A stretch of DNA of 64,000 nt, taken from positions 63,411 to 127,410 of the forward strand of contig JAUCBJ010000001.1 of the NCBI GenBank assembly GCA_032718475.1, read 5' to 3'. This DNA comes from Nemertoderma westbladi (lineage: Eukaryota; Animalia; Xenacoelomorpha). Both the position numbers and the translations under genes were made by a program. The notes under the pieces were generated by a model. That model made no database searches, was not told the DNA's origin, and was given only the letters and a program-made list of their open reading frames with translations. Positions 1 through 11,834 of this stretch are shown one piece after another (the stretch's first letter is position 1; each line of letters starts with the position of its first letter).

Positions 1-524
1 ATTAGTTACATTTATATAAACCTGTACAATGTCTGAAAGTAGGCTTACAGCAGTAGCAGTACAGACTACAGTCTTAAATTCAGACAGTAGGCTGGTAGGT
101 GCAACTATTTATTACACTATTAGTGCATAGTGTATTAGTTCCGTAGTCTATTAGTATCATTAGCATCAATCAATGCATGCAGAATGCAGGCACGCGATTC
201 AGCGAATGCAGAATGCCACCCCATCCCACAGTCCCATACTGGACCATAAAAGCATAACGTAAACCATAACCCGATAACCACCAGACTCCCTGACTGCCTG
301 TGACCACCAGGCAGTTGACCAGAGTGCAGAGCCAGAGCTGCAGAGACCACCCACTGACGCTGACCCAGCCACCTGGCTGCCTGGACCACTGCTGACTGCT
401 GCACTGTACTGCTGTACGTGTACAGTTATGTTACAGTTATACTAGGATGGCTAAAACGTCTGTCCTTATCTGATCTGATCTGACGGTATCTGACACTTGT
501 TCCACCTTGCAGCCTTGGTTCAGA

Positions 525-680
525 GTCCACCTTGGTGTAGTGGTTATATTGAATTCACGTCTCGTGGAGGTTGTGGGTTCAATCCCGGCATGGGGGCCAA
601 GGTAGTTTTCGTTTCGGCACGAATGTTTTTAAGGGTTTAACGAGGAATCTCTGCCTTGCATCCTTAAATGATAGCTAAAT
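525..680 (+). mobile_element. tRNA-derived SINE-like repeat
   Basis: A box TGGTGTAGTGG and B box GGTTCAATCCC in a tRNA-like head followed by a ~90 bp body; homologous copy on the - strand at 45681-45845. Confidence 0.6.
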
Positions 681-1309
681 GAGTACTGGAGTTTCTGCCC
701 ATGTCAGCATGTGAAGTTTCCCCGGTATTCCCCTTAAACACGGGGGGGGGGGGTCAATATAACACCTCCCCCTCTGAAACAACGATACTAACTGAAACGA
801 ACTAAAAGGAATTCAAATAAAATAAGCTAGAAATTTTAAACTTGTTTTTAGCGGCTGGAGCCAAATTTTGATGCCGGCCCAGGATTTACCTTTTCGGTCG
901 ACTTTTATTGGAATTTTATATACGGTATGCAGATTTTAATTTTTTTTGTTTATCTTCAGATCTTTATTAAGTGTATTATAGAGAGCTTATTTATGGCTTA
1001 TAACCTGTACATCTGTACATACAGACATATACTAATTCGTTTATTGTTTTGGTTATATTCAGCCCTTCTGTAACCTGTGTTTTTGGTGAAAACCTGGTAT
1101 TCTTCACATGGGGGTAACTGCAAAGTGAAATATAACGGCAAAGTCTGGTATTCTTACTGTCTTAGCCCATGTGAAGAATACCAGAATACCTTACTACTAC
1201 ATAATAGTCTGATAGTACTTAACTAATTATGTTTATGCTAATTATTTATCAGCATATTATTGCCACATGGGTGTGTGGGTGGATGGGAATGTGGGAAGGT
1301 GCCCGCTGG

Positions 1310-1535
1310 TTGTTTATTGTTTTGGTTAGAAAAGTCAGCCGCGGTAACATTCTCCTTTCTCTCAATTGGTAGGTATCAAAATCGTTTATTGTTTTGGTTA
1401 GAAAACCCTGTCTCTGTAACCTGTTCCTTTCCCTCAATTGGTAGGTAACAATTGTCGTTTATTGTTTTGGTTAGAAATTACAGCCGCTGTAACCTGCTCT
1501 TTTCCTTCAATTGGAAGGTAACAACAGCGTTTATT
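1310..1535 (+). repeat. Dispersed ~65-70 bp subrepeat (cgtttattgttttggttagaaaa...tgtaacctgctcctttccctcaattgg), 3-4 tandem copies
   Basis: Related copies at ~1038, 3170-3300, 8143, 16505-16720 (-), 30313, 39320-39430 (-), 46862. Confidence 0.6.
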
Positions 1536-3544
1536 AATTCCCACATCCCCATCCACCTTCCCGTATTCAGATATTCCTTCATCGTCTAGGCATACTGTAA
1601 ACACCACTGTATCAGCTGGCAATATGGGGCATGTTAAGTGTTTCTTCATATACACACTAGGCCTACCCAGTAGGCTTAGAGATACCCCTCCCTGCCTTCC
1701 CTTTCTGCCTTTAGCGTAACAAACCTTCATCCTATATCGCATTTTTAATATAATATATAAATATAATTACATGCCTTTGTGCATTTAGATGCATACCGGT
1801 ATGCCTGTACTGCTACTTCATATGATGATACTGATACTTAACAGGGCAACGTGAAACGTGATCCCCTATTCAGCTACTGGCTATTTACCTAACAGACAAT
1901 TAGGTAAATTATTATATCTCTTTCTCCTGATTGGTTGTAGGATCAGATGCTGTCAGATCAGATCAGATCAGATAAGGACAGACGTTTTATTCTACCTCCC
2001 GGTCAGCCGGTACCGGACCATCTGACTGCTACGGTAACTTGCATCAGCTAACTTGCATCAGTCAGCTTGTCAGCAGTGACAAGACAACTGGGAACTGGAC
2101 TGGACTGGAACTCATCAGCTGACAATGCAAGTTGACTTGTTCAGTTGTTTTGAGTGTACAAATGAAATTAAAAGGCAAATTAAAGATGAAAAATCAAAAA
2201 CCTAAAAACCTAGTTTTAGGCTTTTTTCAAATTTTAGGTTTTTGACAAAAACCTACAAAAACCTAGGTTTACAAAAACCTACTTTGCCAGCCCTGGTCAT
2301 ACATACAAACAATGGAATCCAAACAAATTCAGTGCTTCCAATTCTAAAAAAAACCTTACTTACTGCACAGCACAGCATGCTACTACAAACAATAAACCTG
2401 AATGAGTGAATACACAGCACAGCCTAGTAGTGGAAATTGGAGGCCCAACAGTTTTGATTTGTACGTTTATTTATTAGACCCACTTAGGCCCTAACAGCTA
2501 AAATTACCAGGCATCCAGAATTACCAGACATCCAAACAACGTTCTGTTACAAATAAGAGATATAATAAAATACAAAATAATAAACAGCACGAAAATTTCA
2601 ATAGCTCACTTTACCCCATTGCCATTAAAATAAAGGGGTAAAGTGAACTAAATTAATTAATTAAATAAATAAATAATTAGTTACAGAATGATAAAAAGTG
2701 CATGGCAGCATGGGATATCTCAAGTATCACTTATTTGCCATTTATTTGCGGTAATGACAACTCTCTACCTTAATTCGTTGTTTATAATTTTTTATTTTAA
2801 AATCAATAGCTGAATAGCCAAAAAGTTCGTATGCATGAATTTTCAACTTTTTTTTCATATTTTGTAAAAATATTGATTGCTTCGAAATTTCAAACTGTCA
2901 TAATTTATTTCATTTATTAGATCAAAGCTAGGATATTTGTAGACATTGTAATGATTTTAGAGAATTGAAATAATAAAAATTTATATATTTAAAAAAACAA
3001 AATAAAAATTGCTCATTTTACCCCTAGCTCACTTCACCACAGCTTACCCAACATAACTATGGTGGCTGATTTGGGTCAATTAGATTATTATTTTTTTCTG
3101 GGTGATAATATTATCTTATCACCCGGGTGATAAATAAAAATAATATTACCGTATTATCACCCGGGAAAAATTTATTGTTTGGTTAGAAAAGCATGCATCT
3201 GTAAACTGTAACCTGTTCCTTTCCCTCAATTGGTAACAATATCGTTTATTGTTTTGGTTAGAAAATCTTGCTCCTTTTGCCTTTCCCTCAATTGGTAACA
3301 ATAAACCCAGAAAAAACTAAAACTTCCGTACAATACAGAATTCAGCTGTATATCTCAGTATCTGTCTGTATATGCAGATATGACTGTATGCCCGATCTGG
3401 TATGTGGTAACGGTAGCTGTTATCTTTGGTTCCAGGTTCTGAGACAGGAACACTGGAAAAGGATATTACAGCTAGCTGTACAGAAATAATATCTGTGTAG
3501 TAGCCTACTGGACTACTATACGCCTTGATCTGTTGATCGCCTAT

Positions 3545-4824
3545 ATGTCGGGGCCTAACAATAGCGAATCGAAGAACCATCGACTGGGCTCTAAACTCAG
3601 TATCGTCGTCTCCCACCGGACTAGCGATGGGGGAAGTGAGCACAGCGACGACAGTAGTTCCAGCAGCGTCCTGTCCCCGGTCTCCCCGGCCATAGCCGCC
3701 CCGGGCGCCGCCCCTCGCAGCTTCTCGGACTCGGTCCCGGTGTCCGCCGCCGTGCCAGACATCCCGGAACCCCCGGGCGACGCCGTCCCGGAACTCTCTC
3801 CGGAGCTCCACAGACTGGGATGGCGCTGCTACTGGAGTAAACGCGAGAACCAGTACTACTTCTGGAACAAACACAGTCAGCAGTCGTTGTGGGAGATGCC
3901 TACGGTACCGGTTAGCAGTAAACGACCGCTGAATGCTTCCGACGCGTCGGGGCGCTACCAGAAACAGCGTCGCTTCACGGACTGGAACCTCGATATACAA
4001 ACCAACGTGATCGTCTACGAACGCAAAATGCAGTTGTGGATTCCGCCTCATCCCGAGATCGAGCAATACCGCTCGACGTTGGTAGCTGGGCTGCGGAATC
4101 TTCTCGAGGAACAGTGTCTGCGGATAGTGTCGATCCATGCGCCGTTGGAGTCTTTCAACCGCTGGTTGCTGGAACGCAAGGTTACGGACCGCGGGGTGGA
4201 CCCGCTGATCCCGAGCGACTGCGCCGTCGATCTGTCCGTCTCGATGTACCGCGAGATAATGAACGACGTCCCCACGAGAGTCACCAAGACTGCGGTGGCT
4301 TCCGAGGCCCGGAAGCAGCTGTCCGTGTACGCGGAGGCCGCGAAAAATCTCGTGGAGAATCGGAAGTGCGATAAAGACACTCGGAAGATGGTACTGTGGC
4401 ACGCGGAGGCTACATTCCAGTGGCTCCGTTCTAATGACAAACGTAGCAAAGAAGACAGCGAGGTGCGTCTCAAACACATACGGAAGCAGATTAAAGAGCG
4501 TCTGGAAGAGGTTGCCAAGCCTTCCGTCGAGTCGATCTGTCTCAAACTCTACCAGCACGCCAAGCTGCACGCCAAGGAGGTTAGGGAGCGACACGAGTCT
4601 CTGTGGTTGGATAATAAGGTCTCGATCCCGCCCGAGTCTCCCAAGGTCCCCACTGCCAACCGGAAGGTTCTCTGTTACCCTATTCTCTCCTTCGTTCCGT
4701 CCACGCGTTTGCCGGTAGTCGACGTAGAACCGACCCCCGACGAACAGTTTATGACTATCAGTTTCCGGGGCGATTGTCTGCGGGTTAAAACTTTATATTT
4801 TTATAAATTGGAGACTCTGTATAG
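3545..4824 (+). CDS. PCIF1: PCIF1/CAPAM cap-specific adenosine N6-methyltransferase, coding exon 1 (WW domain + helical domain)
   Basis: WW domain GWRCYWSKRENQYYFWNKHSQQSLWEMP; PCIF1-like WNLDIQTNV, PPHPEIE, APLESFNRWLLERKV, DPLIPS; donor AG|GTGAGT at 4824/4825, phase 2. First ATG assumed as start. Confidence 0.93.
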
Positions 4825-5702
4825 GTGAGTTCTATGTGGTTGCTTGTTATGTAACAAATAGTGAATGATTAGAATATGAATGATTTGCTATGGAATTTCA
4901 TATAGTAATATATCATTATTTATTTAGTAGACCAGTTTATATATCGGAATTCGGAACGGCTTTGACTTTTGAGATAGTCGGTGATTGAAATGATATATAA
5001 ATGAACTCCTTGCTGTGTCACTAACATTAATTAGGTTAATAATTAATATTAATTATTGAGGCTAGAGTTCACTCAAGCTAATTATTTTCATGATCCTCAC
5101 TGGACAAGGTATAAGAGACGTGTCATTATATTTCTGAATAACGATCGTGACGCTTTGTAATATATTGTTAATATCAGAGTGTAATTGAATCCGTTCAAGG
5201 ATTTAGTGTAATTAACTGTTTATATTCATTCATAATAAGGTTATTATTTAATGTCAGCTGCTACAAACAATGTGAGATTTAATATTATATAATAATAAAA
5301 TAAAATAAATAGCACAAAACTTCGTACGGAGTAATGCGCCTTAATGCACCTCAATATTATTCTCAAGATATTCACTTAAATTACTTCGGGATTATAAAAA
5401 GCGTTGGTCGACTTTTATTGGTTATTTGAATTTAACTTTAATCAAATTTTAATTTTATTCAACTTTTTATTTTCTTTGAAATTATGGTGTGCGTTCAATA
5501 TTGGTTGACTGCGGGGCCGTTTAAACCTTCTTAGTCTCACATTCATAGGCATCCATTCTTGCCTCCAATATAAGTTTTTTTTACAGCGCACAATAATTAT
5601 TGCTCAGAATAATTGTGACATTTTTTATATTGTGCGTTATAATATTATAAAGATGGTTGTAAAATCAACCCATTTCACTAACTCGTATATTTTCATTATT
5701 AG

Positions 5703-6366
5703 GCTGAACTGTAAAGACGACTTCGAACTAACTATGTTCCTTCCGCGCGTATACTGCCTGTTAAAACGATACAACACCCTGTTCGGGACGCGCCCGACAG
5801 AGGGCCACAGCCACCAGGGGGCGCTACCCGTGGCCGTCTTCGAGGCACTCAACTCCGCTTTCGATATAACCTTCGAGTGTTTCGCCTCGCCGCTCAACTG
5901 CTACTTCAACCAGTACTGCTCGGTGTTCCCGGACACGGACGGATACTTTGGTTCCCGCGGTCCCTTCCTCGACTTCCACCCCATCTCGGGATCCTTCGAG
6001 GTGAACCCTCCCTTCTCCATCGAGCTGTGTCTCGCCACCGTTGACCACGTCCATCGGCTACTCGAAGCCTCCGTCGAGCCGCTGAGCTTCGCGATCTTCG
6101 TCCCCGAGTGGCGGAACCCCACCCCGGACTTCCTCCAGCAACTCGAGTGCAGTCGGTTCAACCGAAGGGAACTGCTCATTCCGTCGTTCCAACACGATTA
6201 CCGCAACGGTTTCCAACATCTGTGCAATCCCAACGAACTGTCAGCCTCATCCATGCACGGCACTTTCATTTTCTTTTTACAGAACGACATGGGTCTTGTA
6301 AAGTGGTCCCCGTCCTCCGATAAAATAGAGAAAATTAAAGAGGCTTATGGTATTAAACCCTCATAA
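5703..6366 (+). CDS. PCIF1: PCIF1/CAPAM coding exon 2 (methyltransferase core)
   Basis: Acceptor ttattAG|G phase 2 matches exon 1; ECFASPLN, DTDGYFGSRGPF and catalytic NPPF motif (GSFEVNPPF); TAA at 6364-6366. Confidence 0.95.
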
Positions 6367-9329
6367 GTTTGTTTTCTTTTAAATGTTTAAATACGGAGTC
6401 ACGTAGTATTAAATATAATAAATATATATAATATAGGATCAATTTTGAATTTTAAACATTTTTAATTAATTGTAAATTATAAGCTCGGCTGCAGTTGAGG
6501 TAGGTTTTGTATGACAACTGTTTGCTTGAGAGTTATTTTGTATTTTATAGCATTTGTGTATCTTCGTACGTGCGAAAGCGTGCTTGCGATTTAGCGTGCA
6601 AATAGTAAATCACACCCTTCTTGCTGCGACTGACGTCCAAACCAATCAATCTCATTGTCTGACGGGCATTGGCCATCTACATATGGAAAATATGATTCTG
6701 TCAAGGATTTCGGGTACCTAATGTAAACTGAACGACGTCCACTTGCGGAAGTTATGATAATGTAGGAGTTAGCGAATCATGATGATTATTAAAACATTAG
6801 GAGTTATGTTAGAAAGTATAGAATTAATACATATTAAAGATTATTAAGAGTTTTGTCACTTATAATAAGTTAAGTGATATATTAATTATTTATTACATAT
6901 ACCTTTACCTTCCATTACTTTATTACATGGCATTTGGAAGATTTATAATGACACTTTTATGTCATTTTGTACTACACTGACACTCCGTGTTAGAGTAGAT
7001 TTCAGTTACATAGTTTTAAGTTGTGTAAAATACAGTTGGTGGTCTTTTTCTTCCTTGCACAAGGTTATTTCTACTATATATATTTATTTATTCTTTCGCA
7101 CTAACATTCTCACATTATTTACAGACCAGGGTATCTGCAGCCAATCATATTCCTTTATATCCCTATTCATATATTATGACTCTATGGTTAATCGCTTGAC
7201 TTGAGGTGAAATTCATATATTTTTCTGAAGGAACTCATTTTCGTGTTTCTTATTTAATGAATTAATGTAATTACTATTTGTTGTCTGTAAACAGCGAGTC
7301 CTTTCGTTATGTGTATCAGAATGTGCAATGTGCAGTTTGTATAAGTCTCAGGCAATTATTATATTGTTAATAATTAATTGTATTGTGTATTAACTGTTAT
7401 TACAATAAATTACATGTTACCAAATAAAGCTATTATATTTTCATGAACGTAATTTTATTCCTACATTTGCCTTTCATCCTCTCAATATCACTTCCGCCTA
7501 ATTCTTCCTCGCCGACTATTAATAGTGATTAATAGTTGCGAACCGCCCGTTATACCCGCTGTTGTTCGGTCGGACTGGTGTTGGGCGGCTCTCCTGGTTT
7601 CCTATAATATCGCTTCCGGAGACAGGAAGTTCTAGGACCCTATAAATGTCTGTAATTCTTGTTATTGTGGTGGTGTGATCCAGACTTAAGATGTGAAAGT
7701 ACCGGGTTCGATCATGGATCCGGTCTTTTTTAAATCTCATATTTACATTTAAAATTTAGGCAGTTTAGTTTACAGTCACCTTGCTGGATTTTCTTGTTTT
7801 TAATGATATTGTGTACTCATTTCGTGAGTGATATCGTATTATGAACATATTTTGTTGCCGCACGAATAATTGATATTTTATATGATTTGTTCAGAAATGG
7901 TAAAAGGATTCGCCACCGACCGTCAGTATCTCTAACCAGTTCAAATCCTCTCCAATCTAGTCCACTTCTATCAAACAGCCAGTCATAAATTCGCCCATGT
8001 GCAGAATCCATATTTCACTTTTCGGTCGAAATTATATTGAAATTTTATATGTGAAGAATTTGTATTTTTTAAATTTATTCTGTTTTTTTAAGCGATTATT
8101 TCTCTTATAACTTTGTATAGATATACTAGAGGCATACTAAATTCGTTTCTTGTTCTGGATCTTATTCAGCCCTTCTGTAACTATATTCTTCACATTGCTT
8201 TAGATCAATTAAAAACACATTTCTTAAAGCAAATCTCTTGAACTAATTAAAAACTAGAATGGAATAGGGTATGGGGAATACAGTTGTATAATTTTTAAGT
8301 ATAATTATTTAAATTTTATACTAGAAAATAATTAATATCCTTTAAGAGGCAGGTTGAAAATGCTGTTTTCACCCCGATCAACTTAATTAACTAATTAACT
8401 GCTATTATCTTAGCTTCTCGAAGACCCCACGGAAATTCAACTTGGGAAGTTTCTAAACTTTTGTCAGAGTACATGTGTACCAAGTTTGGATAGATTTCAT
8501 TAACATTTTGCTGAGTTATTAACGTTGAAAATTTAACACAACAGAACGACAGACACACCGATTGGGGTGTAATGTGCTCAATCTTAGGTTGAGATGAAGT
8601 GTTATGTGGTGTAATCCGACACTAGAAATGACTATCATTTAAGCATTTAAAGATTAGCAGCATTGAAATAAAAATAATGGAATTGTTCGATAATTTATAT
8701 GAATTGGATTTTTACCCTAAGTTGAGTAACTCAAAGGCCAGCAGAGCCAATAGACAACTGGCAGCGGCAGGTGGGGGGGGGGGGGTTCCTCGGAGTAAAG
8801 AGAGAGGGCTGTTGCGCTGTCAGTCAGAGAGGTAACAGCCCGTGGGGTAAGGATTTACCTCTGGGACCTGTATTAGGCAAAATAGCAGTAGCTGTGTAGG
8901 CCCACCAGTACTGTGCACGGTACATACCCGAAATTTAGCCTACATCTGTAAATAATACACGGTTTCGCGGTACACGACCATATAAATTAGACCACCATCC
9001 ATCTGTAAAATGCTCGCGTGAGTTCAGGAGTTGCACAGATGTCAGGATGTGCTGATTCTATATCATGCACTAGGCCTAACGGATTCTGGTAGCCTGGAAC
9101 TAGACCACTACAAAAACTGATGCGACAGAGCGAGGTGTCGTTAACCTAACATTTCTTGGCGGCTGATCCGATAACACTCAACGCATTGTATGGTTGGACA
9201 TTGCTGCATTGACATTACCGGTATTGCATTATAGTGTACAATATTACATACTGATTAGTATGGATTGAGAAATTGGATATATTTGGATGTCAATGGATGG
9301 ATAGCTTTGGTTTGAGAAACTAATATCAC

Positions 9330-9846
9330 GTAGGCCTACCTAATCATAAGAACTACAGCCTTTAGAAGTACGAAGACATATTTTTGATCTTACAATGACT
9401 TACAACATTATACATCAACTTGTTGATCTACCACAATAATTTTTTTTTACTTTTGCAAATACGGTGCGGTGCAATCGAGGACATTCTTATAAACTTTTTA
9501 AACGTATTACTAGATTAGAGATAACTAAGTATTCCTATTCAAACCGTGTAGTAAGTGTATGGAACGATTTACCGTCAGACGTAGTTATGGCAGTCAATAC
9601 TGCAATATTAATGTTTTTAAGAACTTGTTAAAAAAAGTAGATCTTTTACCTTATTGTAGTTTTGATAGATTTTTGGATTAGTAATTTTTACAATATATAA
9701 GAAACATGTATTTTAGTCTTTTAATTTAACGATATTTTTAAGTGCAATTGTTGCCCGTAAGTGTCCTTGTAACCTGGGTGATGTTCTCCCTTTTAATTAA
9801 TTTTTATATGTTAATGATTAATAAAAGAGTGTATTATTATTATTAT
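9330..9846 (+). mobile_element. CR1-type LINE 3' fragment
   Basis: Degenerate ORF2 C-terminus LQPLEVRRHIFDLTMTYNII...RGHSYKLFK...SNRVVSVWNDLPSDVV, then a 3' UTR, AATAAA and a (TAT)n tail. Confidence 0.75.
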
Positions 9847-9899
9847 CATATCTTTGCGTTAATTATTACTATATCCACTGGCTCCCAGCCACCTTCAAC

Positions 9900-10200
9900 A
9901 AACCATCATACAGTCATTGCTGGGGGGCACTCAGCTGAGGGGGCGGAGCGCATTAAAAACTCTAAGTATCGCGACCTAATGGACAGAATGGACCGGGCCA
10001 TTTCTTTCACCCCGTGGCCTTTGACGCCTTTGGCCGCCCTGGTCCAGAGACATCCACCTTCCTCCGGGAGATCGGGGCTCGTCTCCACAGTGCCACCCAC
10101 GAACCGCGGTCACACCAGTTTCTGCTCCAGCGCCCAGCGCCTGGAGATGGCAATTTTGGTTGGTATTGCAGCCTCAGTCCAGCAGTCATGGGGACAGCAA
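9900..10200 (+). mobile_element. Restriction-like endonuclease fragment of a CRE/R2-type non-LTR retrotransposon
   Basis: Frameshifted AEGAERIKNSKYRDL...PVAFDAFGRPGPETSTFLREIGARLHSATHEPRSHQFLLQRL..AILVGIAASV, resembling the RLE C-terminus (KxxKY...FLFQRLSIAIQRGNA type). Confidence 0.65.
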
Positions 10201-10874
10201 CCACGCCGACCATCGGTCTATTCGGGCACCGAAGAGCCGAAACCAATCGAAACTGTCGAAATGGTTGCCAATGGAGTCACCAACGGGATGACGGCCGAAG
10301 ATATTCAATACTCTTCGTTATTTAATAATGTGATTAGATAAAAAAATAAATTAATGAAATATAATTCATCTGTCAATTATTATTACAAAAAAAAATCCAA
10401 CATTATATTAACATTTATATAGTTTTGAATTAAATGTTTCGAAATCAACAGTCATTCAATGAACTTATACAGCAGTGTCATATATCGCGTATCCCTTGGT
10501 TTAATCACTATTCTTTATTCAAGTATAACTGAATCCTGGCCCACCGCCTTTACCCTCCACTGATAATTTAAAATCGTAACTCATTCAATCTATACCAAAC
10601 TTGGTAAACATGTAATATTTTAGTAGTAAACAAGCTGTTATTTGCGTCGATTTTCACCTGGAGAGGGAAGTCTTATACATTGACAAGACTTATTAAATGA
10701 TTGATGTTGAATAATTATTATTAAGATTAAAATATATTATTAGGAATTCGAAGAAAGCAAATTGTATTGAGTTAGTATTGGCAAGTTAATCTCACAAACC
10801 AGTCTAGTCTAACTTTACAGTAGCCTTGTTCGCATTGTTCCAGGTTTAGGCCTATAGATGCCACCATCTTCGTT

Positions 10875-11200
10875 CCAGGTTTAATACTGTAATAGACTCC
10901 GTTATCTGTCTCGATCGCTTCGCTATGCACCATCTTACTGGGTTTAATAAACTCCATCGCCTTCCTGTCGTTCTATTGTCGTAGATTACTTCGCCATCGT
11001 CTTTTCGCTTTGGTTGCGTGTTTAATACTGTAATAGACTCCGTCATCCGTCTCGATCGCTTTGCTATGCACCATCTTACTGGGTTTAATAAACTCCATCG
11101 CCTTCCTGTCGTTCTGTTTTGTAGATTACTTCGCCATCGTCTGATCGCTTTGGTTGCGTGTTTAATACTGTAATAGACTCCGTCGCCATCGTATCGTTCT
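10875..11200. repeat. ~140 bp tandem repeat, ~2.3 copies
   Basis: tttaatactgtaatagactccgt recurs at 10880, 11021 and 11161. Confidence 0.85.
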
Positions 11201-11834
11201 GGATACATTGAATAGACTCCATTGTCCATCGCGATCGTTTCATTGTTTATCGTAATTGACTCCGTCGCCTCCTCGGATTATGAATCCGGCCGGGTTTCGT
11301 AGATTCCGCCATCATCGTTCAGCAGTTCAGTGTTTTTAATCAAAGCCAGAATTCCGGCACCGGCACCACGATCAACGATTTCGGAAGTAACAGATTCCGT
11401 CAACAACACTCGGGGTTTAAAAAATACAACTATCGGGCAACTTGTAACTGGGCGATCATCTATCTGATAGTTGAAAAAGACTGTCTGACAGTTGGTATCA
11501 GACTATCTGATAGTTAGAGCCCCATGGGTAAATCCTTACCCCATGGGCTGTTACCTCTCTGACTGACAGCGCAACAGCCCCTATAGAGTAAACCTTAAGT
11601 CTAACATTGCATTGATTGAAAACCACAAATCTTAAGAGTAAGACCCAGCAAGCCAATACGAGGGCTCCAATTTCTAATTAAATAGAAAGGATTAGAAAGG
11701 TTTTCCAGATAGGAGGGGGGGGGGGGGGGGGGGGGGACTGGACGCAATAAAAATTCATCCCTCTCTCTCCAGGGGAAATTGGACACAAATAACAGATGAT
11801 TACTCTCAAAAATAAAACAATAACCTGTTATATT

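Larger units (their letters stand above)
444..1997. mobile_element. Non-autonomous TIR element (family unassigned)
   Basis: taaaacgtctgtccttatctgatctgatctga (452-483) is inverted at ~1951-1989; exact termini and TSD unclear. Confidence 0.5.
8806..11580. mobile_element. ~2.8 kb TIR-bounded element carrying retrotransposon and possible gene fragments
   Basis: ~55 bp near-perfect inverted repeat gggctgttgcgctgtcagtcagagaggtaacagccc.tggggtaaggatttacc (8806-8859 vs 11527-11580). Confidence 0.65.

Noticed and set aside
3317-4594. 425 aa antisense ORF
   Set aside because: Shadow of the GC-rich PCIF1 exon; non-ATG start and no recognisable domain
9742-10341. 199 aa ORF as a single gene
   Set aside because: Chimeric read-through of a LINE tail, an RLE fragment partly out of frame, and a downstream segment
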